Source: an uncultured Methanosarcinales archaeon (GTDB lineage Archaea; Nanobdellota; Nanobdellia; Woesearchaeales; CAZOXR01). Taken from it: a stretch of DNA of 37,935 bases. Position numbers and translations under genes: made by a program. Positions 35,001-37,935 of the stretch are shown here, one piece after another. The stretch spans positions 1 through 37,935 of the forward strand of contig CAZMIO010000011.1 in assembly GCA_964566535.1 (NCBI GenBank). Reading direction: 5' to 3'. The notes below the pieces were generated by a model, which did not search any database, was not told the origin of the DNA, and worked only from the letters and a program-made list of their open reading frames with translations. How positions within the stretch are numbered: position 1 is the first letter of the stretch; every line of letters starts with the position of its first letter.

Positions 35001-35879
35001 TATTATTTGTTCTTGTGTTTGATCCACGACCTCTCCAATTGTTTTTTTCAAAATTTTTCTTGTGACTACAAATCCCCTAGCTGCTCTGACTGCTCCTGGG
35101 ACTGCAGGTACTACGTTAACTAAACCCCATACTAAATTCCATTTTGTAAGTATCCTGTATGTGTCTGTTGCCCAAGCTGCTTCTTCCCCTGGTGGAAACT
35201 GCTGGTAATGTAAAACATATTTTGGGTCTCCCATACCGCCCGTAATCCAATCCCTCAACCCTGCAAATCCTAATTCGTCCTTTTTTTGGTCTAGGAGGAA
35301 CCCTTTTACCTTACAATTAAATTGAGGTGTATCTTCACAAGTTACACAGGAAGTACCATATACTATGCCATCGCATGATAGGTCTGGCCCTATACATTCA
35401 GAATTATCAACGATAGAGGCGCCCCATCCAAGGTCACCAACACATTCGTCTTCTAAAGTCCATGATGGAGGATTTGCCCCAGTATGGCCACTAGAAAATA
35501 CACAACAAACCGAATTAGCTGGTATGCTTTGGGCTACTTGTTCTTCAGTTATAACTTGGTATTGGGGATCACAATGAGTTCCAGAAAATTCAGGTTTACA
35601 ATCTTCTTCCCACCCCTTACAACCTAGTGCAGTACTCTGAATTGCACAGACTAGTGCATTCATGCTGTCTTCCACTGTTTGTTCTTGTGTAGTTAGATGA
35701 TCCTCGGCAACATAAGGGGTAAATTCCTTTTCTTCAAAGTAATCAAACAAGTTCTTGAAGAAATCATTTGTCTGCGGGAAGAACGGCATGATTATGCCAA
35801 ATACTACAACGACTAATACAAAGGAGAATAGAGCCCACTTTGCTACCATCTCCCAGCTAAGGGCACCTCTTTTTTTCAT
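32016..35879 (-). CDS. Giant (1287 aa) pilin-signal protein with Cys-rich regions, a charged helical core, a glycine zipper and a C-terminal hydrophobic hairpin
   Basis: MKKRG|ALSWE plus TM; Cys-rich N-terminus; VGGIVGFFVGGPQGAAIGAVGAITGTALAGG; C-terminal LKFLIFSGSLVA...GAGAIIGLPGIVATSVV. Confidence 0.85.
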   Translation of the reverse strand: MKKRGALSWEMVAKWALFSFVLVVVVFGIIMPFFPQTNDFFKNLFDYFEEKEFTPYVAEDHLTTQEQTVEDSMNALVCAIQSTALGCKGWEEDCKPEFSGTHCDPQYQVITEEQVAQSIPANSVCCVFSSGHTGANPPSWTLEDECVGDLGWGASIVDNSECIGPDLSCDGIVYGTSCVTCEDTPQFNCKVKGFLLDQKKDELGFAGLRDWITGGMGDPKYVLHYQQFPPGEEAAWATDTYRILTKWNLVWGLVNVVPAVPGAVRAARGFVVTRKILKKTIGEVVDQTQEQIIRVNRGTGVRAARKEAKKVGKQLKKELKQELPPGPVRSFLRSLGKSKRANLDEESLIRKALVDSQIEGTLGVKGLDEVHRLGLIDEVLEGVGSTTTREDIYTQVWERFHSSRVVGGNRVSVSDDLRRVILPDDPDDMEPFIRNQVDEEMEFLRNKYRNVDPNDPAAMRAIDFEMAERRVLMDNHYHSYGLSDGPEQIADASVRNIDDLDTIYQDFPDSITATRNEIRAQADELASRRGAATDLDAELDNIANDIARENVFTSQFRKTIDSATDETFAATRLTKKNMRSVLAYRDLLSTLFRFEGGKYIVDADALSEIMGEAAKKAYPKSQVAQEAAMKQFTQLTPALFDSNGNFLTKLTLGNLDRATIAELEQEFFDKILEAVRRDGELKTMANGFLRNMFGTTWQDGVNVFDSAQRTARAAGIKFIPFSTSTARRIGLSGSFKSATVGGIVGFFVGGPQGAAIGAVGAITGTALAGGATVGTIKFTNNHKLFALFVVDRISKYREGLNEKYVPKGLNTLTVSTPTLVEEGEGVGYNLEPYMTDYFIGLNKENNILSAIRGGHDDIKRLFLVSPCKANLVVEKTNCRCEIETKSDVYTKEGGTTLQHPLEKSTATFTTVPEIVYWWDQPEFGESNREYMARLCSAKIDLSNPLNGYEQDTHDNCASNLFENSELLTKFLGEYHQIVLRAAEFMRDNSLTDMETRQITTAMKNDPRVLDFRAVSGGLISNPGTNSIQDIVDGSNIADPDDGFDNLMIFINTRIFTDATTVILPENSPILTNPVTFERNQNKLGLTAKLLGEMLTNMYEVNQNYNAYYTGQPLTRPPFDHILGRDVDPQNPSQFGDTIIWDASKDYVFNYRKLTTFNSDLSRGVKHCKLYQSPVTTPGGIFAELSTSQLTAEVGPTSGPCILVGLEELDQGYMLERGANYCYSGGINAPRAALKFLIFSGSLVADAFFTGVSSTGAGAIIGLPGIVATSVVTDVLLNVAGAKWPVRN

Positions 35880-35884
35880 TTTAT

Positions 35885-36028
35885 TTAGAAGAACATATCT
35901 TTTATATTTCTTAATATGTCGTTGCTTCCTTTATCTGCCTGCATTACCATAAATACTAGTACTGTCAGGATTATTAGACCTAGGAGTAATAATACAAGTG
36001 TTCTTGCTGCTAATGCTTTTTTTTTCAT
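35885..36028 (-). CDS. Micro-pilin, 47 aa (not in the ORF track): MKKKALAARTLVLLLLGLIILTVLVFMVMQADKGSNDILRNIKDMFF
   Basis: Translated by hand. KKKA|L class III-like signal, TM and amphipathic tail; it fills the gap between two co-oriented genes. Confidence 0.8.
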   Translation of the reverse strand: MKKKALAARTLVLLLLGLIILTVLVFMVMQADKGSNDILRNIKDMFF

Positions 36029-36030
36029 TT

Positions 36031-36996
36031 TTAGTTCATAATTGCGTCGCATTTATCTACAACCTCAGCATAGGGCCATATGAAAACAGAATCTATTGCC
36101 TGTAGATGGTCTTCTTCTTCTATGAAGTCTGCTATATCACTTGCTATTTCAACAAGCCTATGAATATTGATCCTCATGAATACTACTGCGCTGTCATCTC
36201 CAGGTTTATAATATAGCCTGTCTTTGTCTTCTTCTTCAGCAAAAAAATCGCTAATAATCGATTCGTCCAGTGTGAATTCATAATAACTTGTAGGGTCATA
36301 AGAGCTTAAAGGATGGCTTTTCATCCAATCAGGCAATGTAGTTATTTCAAGTTCAGGGTCAACGTCTGCTCCGAATTCAGCCTTTACAGAATCATCAAAT
36401 CTTACTCTTGAACAGATGATGCATGCCTTTTTTGTTAAACTTACATCTTTATTAAATGGGTATACTTTTTTAAAGAATCTTTCTAATTTACCATCATCTG
36501 ACTTTAATGTTCCTTCTTCATATTCTACAATGCTAAACCAATCTGAGAATAAATCTAAGTCTCCCCTACCTAACTTATTCCAGCAGTGTTTTATCTCTTT
36601 TGCCATGATTTCGTTCATGCGGTATTCCATGTAGTCCTTATCTTCCTTTTCTTCATAAGCGGGGTACCAATTAGCTAGTTTTTTTCTTAGTGAAGAAGGA
36701 ATTTTCTTGTTTATGTAAAGAAATTCTTCATCCGGAAAGTTACTTTTTCTATCTTTACCTGCTTCTGATTGTGTTATAGTTACAAATCTTTGCGGGCAGA
36801 CTATCTTTATCGTTTCTGCTCCACTTACTTTCCCCATTGATGCAAAAACAGCTGACCAAGCACAAACGCCCCCTTCTGCTACTGCTTTTGCGAATGATAT
36901 GATGTGAAGGTCTAGTTTTGCTAACACTACAAAAGATAGCAGCATGACTGTTATTATTACTAATATTGCTGCTGTTAACCCTTTTTTTCCTTTCAT
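36031..36996 (-). CDS. Pilin-like protein, 321 aa (start corrected from 37092)
   Basis: MKGKKG|LTAAILVII plus TM; Cys motifs EIKHCWNKLGRG and CIICSRVRF. The ATG overlaps the TGA of the upstream micro-pilin. Confidence 0.82.
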   Translation of the reverse strand: MKGKKGLTAAILVIITVMLLSFVVLAKLDLHIISFAKAVAEGGVCAWSAVFASMGKVSGAETIKIVCPQRFVTITQSEAGKDRKSNFPDEEFLYINKKIPSSLRKKLANWYPAYEEKEDKDYMEYRMNEIMAKEIKHCWNKLGRGDLDLFSDWFSIVEYEEGTLKSDDGKLERFFKKVYPFNKDVSLTKKACIICSRVRFDDSVKAEFGADVDPELEITTLPDWMKSHPLSSYDPTSYYEFTLDESIISDFFAEEEDKDRLYYKPGDDSAVVFMRINIHRLVEIASDIADFIEEEDHLQAIDSVFIWPYAEVVDKCDAIMN

Positions 36997-37133
36997 ATTG
37001 TTAAGATGGGGCCTAAAGTGTTCATTATAATCCATATAATTGCTGCTACAACTGCGATGATAATTGCCATGACTATTGGGACTTCTAACCACTTCCCTAG
37101 ACTTATAACTCCTCGTTTCGCTAATGAATTCAT
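36993..37133 (-). CDS. Micro-pilin, 46 aa (not in the ORF track): MNSLAKRGVISLGKWLEVPIVMAIIIAVVAAIIWIIMNTLGPILTI
   Basis: Translated by hand. KRG|VISL signal plus TM; TATA-like TTTATATA ~30 nt upstream; ATGA coupling to the next gene. Confidence 0.8.
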   Translation of the reverse strand: MNSLAKRGVISLGKWLEVPIVMAIIIAVVAAIIWIIMNTLGPILTI

Positions 37134-37201
37134 TTATATGAATTATAGAAGAAGTGATATATAAATGTTAAGTTATTTTGGTTGAAAAAGGATAAAGGTT
37201 T

Positions 37202-37486
37202 TTATCTTATGGCTCTGATACAACAGTAGTCTGCGTTAGCATCCTTCTCCTCTTGTGTTGTTGGACAGTCAGTTCCAGGGATTATGGTCATATCTTTATT
37301 ATCAGTGCAGTCTGTTTTAGCGTTTGCTACACAAGTTCCACCTTTGGATACACAATCTTCAATTCCACCAACGAATCCGCCTAGCCTTCCTATGAAGATT
37401 GCCACCATCATTACAAGAACTATTAATGCAACTGCTGAGACTATAATTGTATTTATAGAAATTCCTTGAGCTTTTTTTGAAAACAT
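37202..37486 (-). CDS. Small Cys-rich pilin (paralog 2)
   Basis: MFSKKA|QGISINTIIVSAVALIVLV; C..KGG.C......DC...PGTDCP...CC. Confidence 0.88.
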   Translation of the reverse strand: MFSKKAQGISINTIIVSAVALIVLVMMVAIFIGRLGGFVGGIEDCVSKGGTCVANAKTDCTDNKDMTIIPGTDCPTTQEEKDANADYCCIRAIR

Positions 37487-37504
37487 AAAAAGAAAATAAA
37501 AATT

Positions 37505-37783
37505 TTAATTTGTGACACTGATGCAACAATGTTTTGCTTTTGCCGTTTTCTCCGCATCTGTGACTGGACAGTCAGTTCCAGGGACCACTGCCATACCCTT
37601 GGAAGTACAATCAGCTTTAGCGTCTGCTACACAATCTCCCCCCTTTGATGCACAATCTTCAATCCCACCAACAAACCCGCCTAGTCTTCCGGTAAAGATT
37701 GCCACTAGAACAACTAAAACTATTAGTGCAATAGCAGCTATTATAATCGTATTTATAGAAATTCCTTGAGCTTTTTTCTTCAT
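37505..37783 (-). CDS. Small Cys-rich pilin (paralog 1)
   Basis: MKKKA|QGISINTIIIAAIALIVLVVLV with the same Cys pattern as paralog 2. The start ATG at 37783 follows a GAGGTG SD. Confidence 0.88.
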   Translation of the reverse strand: MKKKAQGISINTIIIAAIALIVLVVLVAIFTGRLGGFVGGIEDCASKGGDCVADAKADCTSKGMAVVPGTDCPVTDAEKTAKAKHCCISVTN

Positions 37784-37851
37784 TATAGACACCTCTTGGT
37801 ATATTATAATAGTACTCTCCTTTATGTTATATTTAAATGTTTCTATAACTG

Positions 37852-37935
37852 CTAATCCTTACAAATATCTAGCTTGATTTCAATTGTTGTTCCTGTGGAT
37901 GAAGGTAGTGTGAATGGTGATGATGCTTTTGAGCC
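37852..37935 (-). CDS. 3' end of a gene truncated by the window edge (...GSKASSPFTLPSSTGTTIEIKLDICKD*), probably another array member
   Basis: The frame is open from the window end to the TAG at 37852-37854 and is co-oriented with the array. Confidence 0.55.
   Translation of the reverse strand, partial: GSKASSPFTLPSSTGTTIEIKLDICKD

Noticed and set aside
36997..37092. N-terminal extension of the 353-aa ORF given in the track
   Set aside because: It overlaps a better-supported 46-aa micro-pilin in another frame. The true start is the ATG at 36996, which exposes the KKG| signal.
37202..37783. Direct DNA repeats that could suggest a CRISPR array or a DGR template/variable pair
   Set aside because: There are only two copies, both within intact paralogous ORFs. 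There is no spacer periodicity, no cas or reverse transcriptase gene, and the differences are not confined to adenines.

Overview
AT-rich archaeal chromosomal segment, most consistent with a DPANN lineage (Woesearchaeota/Nanobdellota-like; inferred from gene content, tRNA-Ile(UAU) and the pilin-like arrays). The left two-thirds is housekeeping: a KH-domain rRNA-processing factor, top6B/top6A, trmI, glmS plus a GNAT, ABCE1, the S13-S4-S11-rpoD-tRNA(Leu)-L18e-L13-S9 operon, scpA, prs, prefoldin alpha, ftsY, uppS, a DHH/RecJ-like protein and yhhQ. There are six tRNAs. Four carry introns, three of them at non-canonical positions (20a/21, 28/29, 29/30), and one is the rare tRNA-Ile(UAU). Accessory items are a homospermidine synthase-ornithine decarboxylase pair, a stand-alone N-terminal half of a Hel308-like helicase, and a free-standing HTH-LAGLIDADG gene preceded by a ~90-nt inverted repeat. 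The right third (25.8-37.9 kb, running off the window) is the most interesting part. It is a co-oriented array of at least 12 proteins with class III (pilin-type) signal peptides, including two micro-pilins absent from the ORF track. Among them are a pilin-anchored N-acetylmuramoyl-L-alanine amidase (Amidase_2) with intact catalytic residues, a second pilin-like protein with an apparently degenerate Amidase_3-like domain, and a 1287-aa protein with a glycine zipper and hydrophobic hairpins; an FN3 surface protein closes the array. I infer a pilus-based apparatus for attaching to and breaching peptidoglycan-walled cells. A by-eye switch in strand composition near 9.3-9.45 kb may mark a replication origin or a rearrangement breakpoint.
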